Both the position numbers and the translations under genes were made by a program. The notes under the pieces were generated by a model, which had not been told where the DNA came from, ran no database searches, and saw nothing but the letters and a program-made list of their open reading frames with translations. A stretch of DNA of 64,000 bases, taken from Actinomycetota bacterium (GTDB lineage Bacteria > Actinomycetota > UBA4738 > HRBIN12). Location of the stretch: assembly GCA_036281075.1 (NCBI GenBank), contig DASUPO010000113.1, positions 7,767-71,766 on the forward strand, in the 5' to 3' direction. Positions 34,360 to 43,322 of the stretch are shown here, one piece after another. Numbering within the stretch: position 1 is the stretch's first letter; the number at the start of each line of letters is the position of its first letter.

Positions 34360-34740
34360 GTGGACGCCCGTGAGCTGATTTTCGTCGTGCTGCCGTTCGT
34401 GGTGGCGATCACACTCGGCTTCGGCTTCCTGCTGGTGTTCCGCGAACGCGCGGCGGCCAACGAGGTGATGCGCCGGCGCGCGCAGCTGGCCGAGCCCGAT
34501 CTCGCAACGCCGCTCCGCGACCCGAGCCCTTCCGAGCGGCCGTGGTGGGGAAACCCGTGGTTCTGGGTCGGCGTGTGCGTGATCTTCCTGATCCTCGGGT
34601 TCGTCGTGTGGCCGGGCCTGTTCGGCTTCAGCTTCTTCTTCCTGCCGTTCGTGTGGGTGTGGCGTCCCCGACGGGCCGAGGTCGACCCGCGTACGAACGG
34701 CCACGCGAAGCGCCAGGACCCGAGCTCCCTCGGGGGCTGA
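34360..34740 (+). CDS. Hypothetical Trp/Phe-rich membrane protein
   Basis: 126 aa, 3 predicted TM segments (LIFVVLPFVVAITLGFGFLLVF; WFWVGVCVIFLILGFVVW; LFGFSFFFLPFVWVW). Lies 12 nt after the ALDH stop. Confidence 0.55.
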   Translation: MDARELIFVVLPFVVAITLGFGFLLVFRERAAANEVMRRRAQLAEPDLATPLRDPSPSERPWWGNPWFWVGVCVIFLILGFVVWPGLFGFSFFFLPFVWVWRPRRAEVDPRTNGHAKRQDPSSLGG

Positions 34741-34824
34741 CGCTCCGGATGAGTCTCCTGCTAGACCTTGTGGACTTGATCACCCCTCGATGATCGTCAC
34801 CCGCGACATCAGCCAACAGGTCAC

Positions 34825-35211
34825 GTGCTCGCACGCGATCGACATCGCCCCGTCATCCAGGATCTCGAGGCGGCCGGGTCGGAAGTCGGGATGGTTCGAT
34901 GCGGTGACGACACCTTCTGTTTCGGCGACGCGCACCTCGTGTTCGCCGTCGAGCCGCTCGTGACGCCCGAGGGCCGTGGGCTTGCCGACGTGGCCGTTGA
35001 GCAACTGGAGCAGCGCGGTGTGACGATCGCTCGTGTGGAACGCTCGCACTCACACGTGCTGTCGGTCGCCGGTTCGACGCGGGAGGGATGGATCGAGGGG
35101 AGGATCCTCTCGTCACGCGGCTGGGTGTTCCTGATCAACGCTCCTACCGAACCCGAGGGTTCAGCGCTCGCTGACATCCTCGATCGCAAGATCGCCGTTA
35201 TCGAGCGTTAG
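34825..35211 (+). CDS. Hypothetical protein (strand ambiguous)
   Basis: 128-aa ORF in a less GC-rich patch. Third-position GC is high by hand tally. A competing 89-aa ORF on the - strand (34780..35049) cannot be excluded. Confidence 0.3.
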   Translation: MLARDRHRPVIQDLEAAGSEVGMVRCGDDTFCFGDAHLVFAVEPLVTPEGRGLADVAVEQLEQRGVTIARVERSHSHVLSVAGSTREGWIEGRILSSRGWVFLINAPTEPEGSALADILDRKIAVIER

Positions 35212-35280
35212 CAGGCCCCCCGTCCTGGCGACGTACCCAACCTCTATGTCATCCGGGCACCGCAGCCCCTTCCAGCGGCT

Positions 35281-35931
35281 TCAGCGTTCCGCGAACAAGG
35301 CGGCATCCGCGAAGTCGCCGACGATCGCGGCGGCATCGCGCTCCCTGCGAGGCAGGTAGTGATCGACCCCCTCGACGATCGTGACCTGGGCGACTCCTTC
35401 CCCGTACGAGCGGAGGTCCTCGGCCGGGCAGTACTCGTCGTGCTCGCCGGTCAAGAACAGCATCGGCCGCTGGAGCCGTCCGAGCTCATCGTGGGAAGGC
35501 AGCGGAGGCAGCTTCAGGTCGTTCGGACGGAGCGGAAGGCCGACGAGGGCGAGCGCGTCCACGCGCTCGTCGTCGAAGGCTTCACGGAGCGCGACGCTGG
35601 CGCCGAACGACCAGCCGATGACGAACGTGGGCCCGTCGGTTCGCTCGCGGATCTTGCCGATCGCGGCCCGGACGTCCTCGATCTCGTCGTGGCCGCCGCC
35701 GTGCTCGCCGGCCGATCCCATCGTCCCGCGGAAATTGAAGCCGAGGATCGCGAGGCCGCGTTTCCCTGCGAGCTCGTTGCGGATCGCCCACAGGATCGGG
35801 TGGTCCTTGCTCCCGCCGTGGCGCGGGTGCGCGTGACAGATCACGGCCGAGCCGCGCGGCGAGCCATCCGGCATCCGGAGCTCGCCCTCGAGCCGGATGT
35901 CGTCGGCCGTCGTGAACGTCACGGTCTCCAT
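35281..35931 (-). CDS. Alpha/beta hydrolase
   Basis: 216 aa. CHAHPRHGGS... and the nucleophile elbow GWSFGA. Confidence 0.8.
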   Translation of the reverse strand: METVTFTTADDIRLEGELRMPDGSPRGSAVICHAHPRHGGSKDHPILWAIRNELAGKRGLAILGFNFRGTMGSAGEHGGGHDEIEDVRAAIGKIRERTDGPTFVIGWSFGASVALREAFDDERVDALALVGLPLRPNDLKLPPLPSHDELGRLQRPMLFLTGEHDEYCPAEDLRSYGEGVAQVTIVEGVDHYLPRRERDAAAIVGDFADAALFAER

Positions 35932-35951
35932 CCCTCTGCGACGATGCCAGC

Positions 35952-36815
35952 GTGAGCGTTCCGCGCCAACCGAAGGGGACCGCGTTCACGATCCGCGACC
36001 TGCCGTGGACCGAGGTCGTCGCGATCGCGAGGGAGGGTGAGGCCCTCGGCTACGACGCCGCGTTCCTCCCGGAGATCGACTCGCGTGACACGCTGGCCAC
36101 GCTCGTCGGGATCGCGGGAGAGACGACTTCCTTGTTGCTCGGGACGGGCGTGATCCCGATGCGGTCGAGAACGTCGAAGCTGGCGGCGATGGCGGCCGCG
36201 ACGGTGCAGGAGCGCTCCGGCGGCCGACTCGTGCTCGGTGTCGGGACGGGCGGTTCGGCGCCAGGGGCGCTCGATAGGCTCCGGACGTACGTCGCCGAGC
36301 TCCGCGAACTCCTGGACTCATCGCCGCTCCCGCTGGCCGCTCCGCCTCCGATCTGGATCGCGGCGCTCGGCCCCCGGGCGGTCGAACTGGCCGGGGAGAT
36401 CGCGGACGGCGTGATCCTCAATTGGTGCACGCCGGATCGCGTCGCGGAGGCCCGCGACGCGATCCGGGCCTCCGCCGAGGCCGCAGGGCGAGACCCCGAC
36501 GCGGTCACGATCTCGGTGTACGTCCGGGCCGCTTTCCAGGCCCGGGCGGACGAGGCGCTGCTCGCGGCTGCCGCCGAGTACGCCTCCTACCCGGCCTACG
36601 CACGCCAGTTCGAGAAGATGGGCGTGGACCCGACGGCCGAGCGCGTCGTCGAGGCGGTCTGCCTCCGAGGCGATCCCGAACAGGCCGCAGTGCGACTGGA
36701 TGCCTATCGAGCCGCCGGCGCCGACCTCCCGGTCGTCTACCCGGTGCTTGCGCCCGGGGAGACCGCCGCGGCCTCGATCGCGACGCTCACACCGCTCGCG
36801 CCGGAGGTTGCCTGA
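35952..36815 (+). CDS. Luciferase-like (LLM) oxidoreductase, possibly F420-dependent
   Basis: LGYDAAFLPE ... GRLVLGVGTG ... typical LLM TIM-barrel pattern. Only 20 nt separate it from the divergent hydrolase start. Confidence 0.85.
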   Translation: MSVPRQPKGTAFTIRDLPWTEVVAIAREGEALGYDAAFLPEIDSRDTLATLVGIAGETTSLLLGTGVIPMRSRTSKLAAMAAATVQERSGGRLVLGVGTGGSAPGALDRLRTYVAELRELLDSSPLPLAAPPPIWIAALGPRAVELAGEIADGVILNWCTPDRVAEARDAIRASAEAAGRDPDAVTISVYVRAAFQARADEALLAAAAEYASYPAYARQFEKMGVDPTAERVVEAVCLRGDPEQAAVRLDAYRAAGADLPVVYPVLAPGETAAASIATLTPLAPEVA

Positions 36816-36875
36816 GGGATCGGCGGCGGTAGACTCAAGTTCGCAAGGTCGACACCGTGGAAACGGGGGAAATGG

Positions 36876-37202
36876 ATGACCTACACGATCGCGGAACCCT
36901 GCATCGACGTGAAGGACAAGGGCTGCGTGGACGAGTGCCCGGTGGACTGCATCTACGAGGGGCCCCGGATGCTCTACATCCACCCCGACGAGTGCGTCGA
37001 CTGCGGCGCCTGCGAGCCAGTCTGTCCCGTGACGGCGATCTTCTACGAGGACGACGTCCCGGCCGAGTGGAAGCAGTTCAACGCGATCAACGCCGAATGG
37101 TTCAACGAGGACATCAGCGGGGTGGGCTCACCTGGCGGCGCCGCGCAGGTCGGTCCTGCGTCCAAGGACCACCCGATCGTCGAAGCCTGGGCTTCGGTGT
37201 AG
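36876..37202 (+). CDS. fdxA: 7Fe ferredoxin
   Basis: MTYTIAEPCIDVKDKGCVDECPVDCIYEG...HPDECVDCGACEPVCPV. Confidence 0.9.
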   Translation: MTYTIAEPCIDVKDKGCVDECPVDCIYEGPRMLYIHPDECVDCGACEPVCPVTAIFYEDDVPAEWKQFNAINAEWFNEDISGVGSPGGAAQVGPASKDHPIVEAWASV

Positions 37203-37206
37203 GCGG

Positions 37207-39792
37207 TCAGGCGACCGAACCCGCGACGGGCTCGACCGGCTCGGCCGGGTGCACGGCCGGCAGGAACACGCGGAACGACGCGCCGCCGCCCTCGCGCTCC
37301 TCGACCCACGCGCGCCCGTGGTGCATCTCCGCGAAGCGACGGACGAGCGTGAGTCCCACGCCGACGCCTGGTGAGGCCTGGGGCGCGTCCGTGCCCTGAC
37401 GGAACTCCTCGAAGATCTTCTCTCGAAGCTCGTCGGGCACGCCCCGGCCCTCGTCCTCGACCGCGATCACCGCGCCGTCCGGCGTGGCGGCGACCGACAC
37501 GTGGACCGGCGTCCCCGGCGGCGTGTGCTTCGCGGCGTTGACCAACAGGTTCTCCACGATCCGTTCGACCTTCGGCGGGTCGATGGGGACCACCGCCGGC
37601 TCCGTCGTCAGCTCGACCCGGTCTGGGAGGGACGGGTCCGCCTCCGCCACCATCCGTCCGACCAGCTCCCCGACGTCTGCGGGCTCGAACGACGGGGTCA
37701 GCACGCCGCGTGAGAGCCGGTCCAGGTCGAGGAGGTTCGTCACGAGCCGTTCGAGGCGGCGCGCGTTGTGCTCGATCCGTCCCGCGAGCCGCCGGCGCTC
37801 CTGGGCCTCCAGTCCGACGTCGTCGCGTTCGAGCGTGATCGCGAGCCCCAGGATCGCGGCGAGCGGCGTGCGCAGGTCGTGCGACACGGCCTGGAGGAAG
37901 GTGTCCTTCATCTCGTCCAGCGTCCGCAGCCGTGCGATCGCCTCCCGCTCCACCTCGAGGGCGCGCTCCAGGTCCTCCTGCGCGCGCTTGCGGTCGCTGA
38001 TGTCACGGATGAATCCGGAGAACACGATCTCGTCCCCGACGGCCACGGGCACGATCGCGAGCTCGACGGGGATCAGGCGACCGTCGCGGTGCAACGCCTG
38101 GATCTCGATCCGGGAGTTCAGGACCGTGCTGGCGCCCGTCTCGCGCCAGCGTGTCAGGCCCTGTCGGTGGGCCGCCCGTTGCCCGTGCGGGACGATCGTC
38201 TCGGCCAGCGGCCGCCCGATCGCCTCCTCGGCGCTCCAGCCGAACGTGGCCTCCGCCTGCGGGTTCCACGCGGTGATCACGCCGTCGACGTCCATCGACA
38301 CGACCGCGTCGAGCGCGGAGTCGACCATCAGCCGCAGGTGGGCGTGAGCGTCCCGGAGCCGCCGCTCGGCCTCCTTCCGCGCCGTGACGTCGAGCAGGAA
38401 GCCCTGCCAGTAGGGGTCGCGACCTTCGGGTCGGACCAGCCCGGCCCGGTCGAGGAGCCACACGACCTGTCCGTCCCGCCGGACGATCCGGTACTCCTCG
38501 GAGAACGTGTCGGTCCCGTCGGTGCCGCTCGCGGCCTCGGCAGCGAGGACGCGCTGCCGATCGTCGGGGTGAATCAACGAATGCCACAGCGTGCGGTTCT
38601 CGACCGTCGCGTTCCGCGGGTGGCCGGTGAGCTGCTCGTGACCCGGCCCCACGTAGGTCGTGATCGCCACGGCCGGGTCGTCGGGATCGACCTCCTGGAT
38701 GTAGAACACGGCCGGATTCTGCTCGACCATCGTCCGGAACGTGAGCTCGGCCTCGCGGGCCCGTTCCTCGGCGTCGTGGAACGACGTCACGTCGGTCAGG
38801 AACCCCAGGAAGTAGTCGAGGCTGCCGTCCTCGCGCAGCACCGCGGTGGAGGTGTCGTGGACCCAGACCCAGTGCCCGTCCGCGTGGCGCATCCGGTACT
38901 CGTGTTCGAACGGCGCCAGGTCCGCGTTGTTGAACGCGTCGATCGCCCGCAGGTGCGCCAGGTCGTCGGGATGGATGATCTCGAACCAGAGGTCGGCTCG
39001 GTCCAGGAAGGCCTGCGGCGGATAGCCGAGGATCTCCTCGATCTGCGGGCTCACGAACCCCATGAAGGTGACGCCGTCCGGGTCCACGAGGTCCGTGTAG
39101 GTCACGGCCGGGATCCGTTCGACCATCGCGCGGTAGCGAGCCTCGGCCCGACGGAGGCGTTCCTCGGTCTCCACCTGGTCGGCGACGTCCGCGCGGTCGA
39201 CGAGCTGCGCGTACCGGCTCTCCGCCTCGAACCAGCCCCGCGTGGCCCGGTTCGCGTGTTCCGCGGCGCCGAGCATCCCCGCGACCGCCCGGAGGGAGTC
39301 GAGCTCGAAGTCGGACCACGTCCGCTCGTGCACGCAGTCGTCGAACCCGACGAGCGCCCACCACGCGCCGTCCACGAAGACGGGGAAGGCGGCGATCGAC
39401 GCGATGTCCTGGCGCTCGAGCTCGATCCGTTCGGCGTCCGGCAGGTCGCGCACGATCCCGTGGACGGTCTCGTGGTCGGCGAGCATCGCGACCCATCGGG
39501 CGAAGCCGGTCGACTCGAGCGGTGCGCCCTGGAGGATCGGGTTGTCGAACTGGGACGAGACGCCCGGCGCGCACCACTCAGCGAGCTGCGTCGCGCGGGA
39601 GGCGCCGGCCTCGCGGGCGTCGACGTGGATCAGGTAGGCGCGGCTCACACCGGCGGCGGTGCCCAGACGGAGCAGCACATCGTCGATCACCTCGCGCCAG
39701 TCGTCCGCGAGGAGCAGCTGCTCGGCTGAGAACGCGACGGCCGACAGCATCGTGTCGTCGCCGACCGATCGCCGTGGTTCCGTCCGAGCCAA
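37207..39792 (-). CDS. Cytoplasmic GAF - PAS x3 - HisKA - HATPase sensor histidine kinase
   Basis: 861 aa, no TM. Repeated PAS cores (...HPDD...EYR.R..DG..VW...). H-box FLQAVSHDLRTPL. N/G boxes LLVNAAKHTP, DEGRGVP, GVGVGLTLV. No adjacent response regulator. Confidence 0.9.
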   Translation of the reverse strand: MARTEPRRSVGDDTMLSAVAFSAEQLLLADDWREVIDDVLLRLGTAAGVSRAYLIHVDAREAGASRATQLAEWCAPGVSSQFDNPILQGAPLESTGFARWVAMLADHETVHGIVRDLPDAERIELERQDIASIAAFPVFVDGAWWALVGFDDCVHERTWSDFELDSLRAVAGMLGAAEHANRATRGWFEAESRYAQLVDRADVADQVETEERLRRAEARYRAMVERIPAVTYTDLVDPDGVTFMGFVSPQIEEILGYPPQAFLDRADLWFEIIHPDDLAHLRAIDAFNNADLAPFEHEYRMRHADGHWVWVHDTSTAVLREDGSLDYFLGFLTDVTSFHDAEERAREAELTFRTMVEQNPAVFYIQEVDPDDPAVAITTYVGPGHEQLTGHPRNATVENRTLWHSLIHPDDRQRVLAAEAASGTDGTDTFSEEYRIVRRDGQVVWLLDRAGLVRPEGRDPYWQGFLLDVTARKEAERRLRDAHAHLRLMVDSALDAVVSMDVDGVITAWNPQAEATFGWSAEEAIGRPLAETIVPHGQRAAHRQGLTRWRETGASTVLNSRIEIQALHRDGRLIPVELAIVPVAVGDEIVFSGFIRDISDRKRAQEDLERALEVEREAIARLRTLDEMKDTFLQAVSHDLRTPLAAILGLAITLERDDVGLEAQERRRLAGRIEHNARRLERLVTNLLDLDRLSRGVLTPSFEPADVGELVGRMVAEADPSLPDRVELTTEPAVVPIDPPKVERIVENLLVNAAKHTPPGTPVHVSVAATPDGAVIAVEDEGRGVPDELREKIFEEFRQGTDAPQASPGVGVGLTLVRRFAEMHHGRAWVEEREGGGASFRVFLPAVHPAEPVEPVAGSVA

Positions 39793-39929
39793 CGCGTCGT
39801 CCTCCTCGACCGAGCACGCCGACGCGCCCGGGTCCGCCGGGGTCCGTTCGGATTATCGGCAGCGCCGGTGGCCCGTGGAGTCCCCTCGTTGGGGTCGTGA
39901 TCATCCCGGGCCGGGGGGTCCGGGCCTGG

Positions 39930-41153
39930 TCAGGAAGGACCGGGCACGATGCCCGGCGTGGAGCCCGCGGCCGGGATCTCCTCGGGCGAGGGCCACCGGG
40001 CCCGCGACTTCGCGGCCAGCTTGAACATCAGCTCGACGGCCTTGGGGTCCTCTGCACCGGGCCGGTGCTCGATCACGCCCTCGGCCGTGGCGCGGTCCCA
40101 GACGTCCTGCCCCCGCTCGGTGCGGACGATCGAGAGCGACCAGCCCTCGGACTGCCCCAGGCCGCCGAACGAGATGTCCGCGTGCTCGGCGGCGAAGTCC
40201 GGACACTTCAGGCAGCCGGGTCTCGTGAAGCGGTGCGCCTCCTTCAGGGGGTAGACGACCTCGTCGCCGGCCTCCGTGTAGAAGAGCAGCTTCCCCTTCA
40301 CGTTCACGCGCGCGAGGTGGTCGAGGTCGAGGCCAAGCTCGTTCTGGGCGATCTCGACCATCAGGCCGTCGTACGTGAAGGACTTCGAGCACAGCAGGCC
40401 GAACGTCCAGGCGATCTTCCGGCGCCACTTGTTGACGCGGCGCGCCTCGAGGGCGCCGGTGACGCTCGACTGGCAGCTCATGCCGACGAGGGCGAGCTTC
40501 GAGAGCCCCAGCTCGGCGGCCTTCAGCAGGGCGAGCGGGTTCGCGGAGTAGGTGTAGCGGGAGCCTGCGGTCGCCAGGACGCCCTCGGCGTCGGTGACCA
40601 CGGTGGGCTCGGCGTCCCACTGGCGCTCGTCGGAGAGCTTGGATGTCAGAGCGCCGTCGAGCTCGCCGGTGCGCAGGCCCCACAGGAGCAGCGCGGACAC
40701 CACCCCGCCGTCCTGGCCGTGCATCAGCGACTCGGGATCGGTCGCCCGCGCCAGGTAGATGTCCCGGTACTGCCCGATCACCTCTTCGGGCTTGCGGGCC
40801 TGGCCGAAGAACAGCTCGTCGATCTCCGATTCCCACTCGCGGAACCGCGGGCACGCGCGGGTGCAGATGTCGCACCCCTTGTCGCCGTGGCTGCAGCCGT
40901 CGGGCCCCTCCTCCTGGAGCTGGACCGGGACGTCGTCCTCGTAGCCGAGGACGTGGAAGGGGCAGGCCACGATGCAGGACGTGCAGCCGGTGCACAGCCC
41001 CGTGAGGACGACCTCGTTGTAGAGGTCCCGCCATTGGGTCTTCTCGACCGCCACGCCGGCAGTGTAGTTGGGTCCCCCGCGGGAATGGAAACCTCCGACT
41101 CCGTTCGACCGTAGTACCTTCGGTCCGGGGTCCCGGACCCAGGCGGCTTGCAC
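39930..41153 (-). CDS. FrhB/FdhB-family protein (coenzyme F420 hydrogenase/dehydrogenase beta subunit-like) with an N-terminal 2x[4Fe-4S] motif
   Basis: [12 protein letters not shown] ... CDICTRACP, then [10 protein letters not shown], typical of FrhB. The start is uncertain (GTG 41054 is an alternative). Confidence 0.8.
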   Translation of the reverse strand: MQAAWVRDPGPKVLRSNGVGGFHSRGGPNYTAGVAVEKTQWRDLYNEVVLTGLCTGCTSCIVACPFHVLGYEDDVPVQLQEEGPDGCSHGDKGCDICTRACPRFREWESEIDELFFGQARKPEEVIGQYRDIYLARATDPESLMHGQDGGVVSALLLWGLRTGELDGALTSKLSDERQWDAEPTVVTDAEGVLATAGSRYTYSANPLALLKAAELGLSKLALVGMSCQSSVTGALEARRVNKWRRKIAWTFGLLCSKSFTYDGLMVEIAQNELGLDLDHLARVNVKGKLLFYTEAGDEVVYPLKEAHRFTRPGCLKCPDFAAEHADISFGGLGQSEGWSLSIVRTERGQDVWDRATAEGVIEHRPGAEDPKAVELMFKLAAKSRARWPSPEEIPAAGSTPGIVPGPS

Positions 41154-41167
41154 GAGAGGGAGGGACG

Positions 41168-41548
41168 ATGCAACGACGGTGGATACGCCTGCTCGCGGCC
41201 CTGTTCGCGCTCACGCTCCTGGCCGCGGCATGCGGCGGGGACGACGACGATGGTGGCAACGGCGGAGGCAACGGGGGAGAGAGCCCGGCCGAAGACGGTG
41301 GCGGCGGCGCGGATCTGACGATCGTCGACTTCAGCTTCTCGCCCCAGGATCTCTCCGTCACCGAGGGTCAGACGATCACGATCTCGAACATCGGCGAGAC
41401 CTCGCACACGTTCACGACCGAGGACGACGCGATCGACGAGGAGATCGGACCCGGCGAGACCGTGGAGGTCACGATGACCGGCGTGTCGAGCGGGGGCTTC
41501 GTCTGCCGGTTCCACTCTCAGATGACCGGGACGCTGACCGTCGGCTGA
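41168..41548 (+). CDS. Cupredoxin-like lipoprotein (type-1 copper site)
   Basis: Lipobox LLAAAC, Gly/Asp-rich linker, then the beta domain with candidate ligands H (ETSHTF) and C..H..M (VCRFHSQM). Confidence 0.75.
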   Translation: MQRRWIRLLAALFALTLLAAACGGDDDDGGNGGGNGGESPAEDGGGGADLTIVDFSFSPQDLSVTEGQTITISNIGETSHTFTTEDDAIDEEIGPGETVEVTMTGVSSGGFVCRFHSQMTGTLTVG

Positions 41549-41590
41549 CGTCGCGTCGCGAGCCCGACCCGGTCCGCCGGGCGGGTGTGG

Positions 41591-41935
41591 TCAGATGCTG
41601 AACGAGTCGCCGCAGGCGCACTCGTGCACGGCCTGGGGGTTGAGCATCTTCAGACCCCCGCCGAGCAGCGCGTCGTTGAACTCCAGGGTCGAGCCGCGGA
41701 CGATGGGGGCGCTCCTCGGGTCGATCAGGACGCGGACGCCGTCCGCGGCCTCGATCACGGCGTCGTCCTCGGCGGGCCCATCGGCGAACGACAGGTCGTA
41801 GGTGAACCCGGAACAGCCGCCGGCGGTCACGCGGACGCGGAGGATCGGCTGCGCCCCCTCCTTGTGGGCGAGCGCGGCGATCCTTCGCGCGGCCTTGTCG
41901 GTGACCTCGATGACCTCGGCGACGGGCGCGTCCAT
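41591..41935 (-). CDS. Fe-S cluster insertion protein (IscA/ErpA/HesB family)
   Basis: LRVRVTAGGCSGFTY ... C-terminal CACGDSF. Confidence 0.9.
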   Translation of the reverse strand: MDAPVAEVIEVTDKAARRIAALAHKEGAQPILRVRVTAGGCSGFTYDLSFADGPAEDDAVIEAADGVRVLIDPRSAPIVRGSTLEFNDALLGGGLKMLNPQAVHECACGDSFSI

Positions 41936-41946
41936 GTGCGTCCAGG

Positions 41947-43317
41947 CTACCCGACCTGCTGCCGGACGCCGAGCAGCGCGGCCTTCATGGACTCGGAGAA
42001 CGTCGGGTACGCGTGGATCGCGCGGGCGACGGCGGGCGCCGCCGTCCGCGAGGCCATCAGCTGGACCACCTGGTGGATCAGGGACCCGGCCTCCTCGCCC
42101 ACGATGTGGCCGCCGAGCAGCTCGCCGGTCCGCCGATCGGCGACGAGCTTCACCAGACCGTCCGTGCTCCCTTCGATGTGCGATCGCTCATTGCCGTCGA
42201 AGCGGGCGATCGACCCGACCACGTCGCGGCCGTCGTCGCGCGCCTCGCGCTCCGTGAGGCCGACGCTCGCGACCTCGGGGTCGGTGAACGTGACCCGGGG
42301 GACGACGCGGTAGTCGCGGGGCTCCGGGTCCCCGAGGATGTCTCGCACGACGAGCTCCGCCTCGTACCTGCCGACGTGGGTGAAGAGCAGGTCGCCCGTC
42401 GCGTCCCCGGCGACCCAGACCGCCGGGTTCGTCGTCCGAAGCGTGTCCGTGAGGATCGGCGCGTCGTCGGCGTCGAGCTCGACGCTGGCGGCCACCAGGT
42501 CGTGCGGTTGGAACATCGGCCGCCGGCCGGCGGCGACCAGCACCTCCTCCGCCCGGAGCTCCTCGCCGTCGCCGAGGGTCAGGGTCCATCCGCCGGCGGC
42601 GTGACGGGCTCCCCGGATGTCCGCTCCGGGACGCAGCTCGATCCCGTCGGCCTCGAGGGCGGGCACGACCGAGGCGGCCGCGTCCTCGTCCTCCTGCGGC
42701 AGCACGTGCGGCAGCGCCTCGAGGGCGGTGACGCGCGTCCCGAACCTCGCGTAGATCTGCGCGAACTCCAGGCCGACGGCGCCGGTCCCGATCACGGCGA
42801 GCGAGGCGGGCGGTCGCTCGGGGGACCAGATCGCCTCGCGGTTCGTCCAGCGGGGACCCGCGGCCAGGCCGTCGATCGGCGGGATCGTCGCCTCCGTCCC
42901 AGTGGCGAGCACGACGTGGTCCGCGTCGAACAGCGTCCCGTCCGCGAGCTCGACGCTCCGGTCGCCGACCAGCCGCGCCTCCTGCAGGAACACCCGCACG
43001 CCCAGCCGCTCGAAGGGCGTCGCGCCCTCGCCGGACTGGGCGTCGATCACGTCGCGGATCCGCTGCCGGATCGCGCCGAAGTCGACGTCGACCTCCGGGA
43101 TCCGCAGACCGAAGCGCTCCCCGTCCCGGGCGAGCGTCGCGAGCTTCGCCGACCGGAGCATCACCTTCGTCGGGATGCATCCGTAGTGGTTGCACTCGCC
43201 GCCCAGCTTGTCCCGCTCCGCGAGCGCGACCGAGCGGCCGGACGATCGGGCGAGCGAGAACGCGACCTCGGACCCCGTCCCGCCGCCCCCGATCACGAAG
43301 ACGTCGAAGCGCTCCAC
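41947..43317 (-). CDS. FAD-dependent pyridine nucleotide-disulfide oxidoreductase (dihydrolipoamide DH / mercuric reductase-like)
   Basis: 456 aa from GTG (VERFDVFVIGGGGTGS). Redox pair GGECNHYGCIPTK. C-terminal HAYPTFSE. The upstream 540 aa of track ORF 41947..44934 are shadow over the next gene. Confidence 0.85.
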   Translation of the reverse strand: MERFDVFVIGGGGTGSEVAFSLARSSGRSVALAERDKLGGECNHYGCIPTKVMLRSAKLATLARDGERFGLRIPEVDVDFGAIRQRIRDVIDAQSGEGATPFERLGVRVFLQEARLVGDRSVELADGTLFDADHVVLATGTEATIPPIDGLAAGPRWTNREAIWSPERPPASLAVIGTGAVGLEFAQIYARFGTRVTALEALPHVLPQEDEDAAASVVPALEADGIELRPGADIRGARHAAGGWTLTLGDGEELRAEEVLVAAGRRPMFQPHDLVAASVELDADDAPILTDTLRTTNPAVWVAGDATGDLLFTHVGRYEAELVVRDILGDPEPRDYRVVPRVTFTDPEVASVGLTEREARDDGRDVVGSIARFDGNERSHIEGSTDGLVKLVADRRTGELLGGHIVGEEAGSLIHQVVQLMASRTAAPAVARAIHAYPTFSESMKAALLGVRQQVG

Positions 43318-43322
43318 GGGAA

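Noticed and set aside
34780-35049. An 89-aa ORF on the - strand overlapping the 128-aa + strand ORF (34825..35211).
   Set aside because: The codon-position GC of the two overlapping frames is nearly indistinguishable by hand. I kept the longer + ORF as a low-confidence call and did not list both. Neither has a recognisable family motif.
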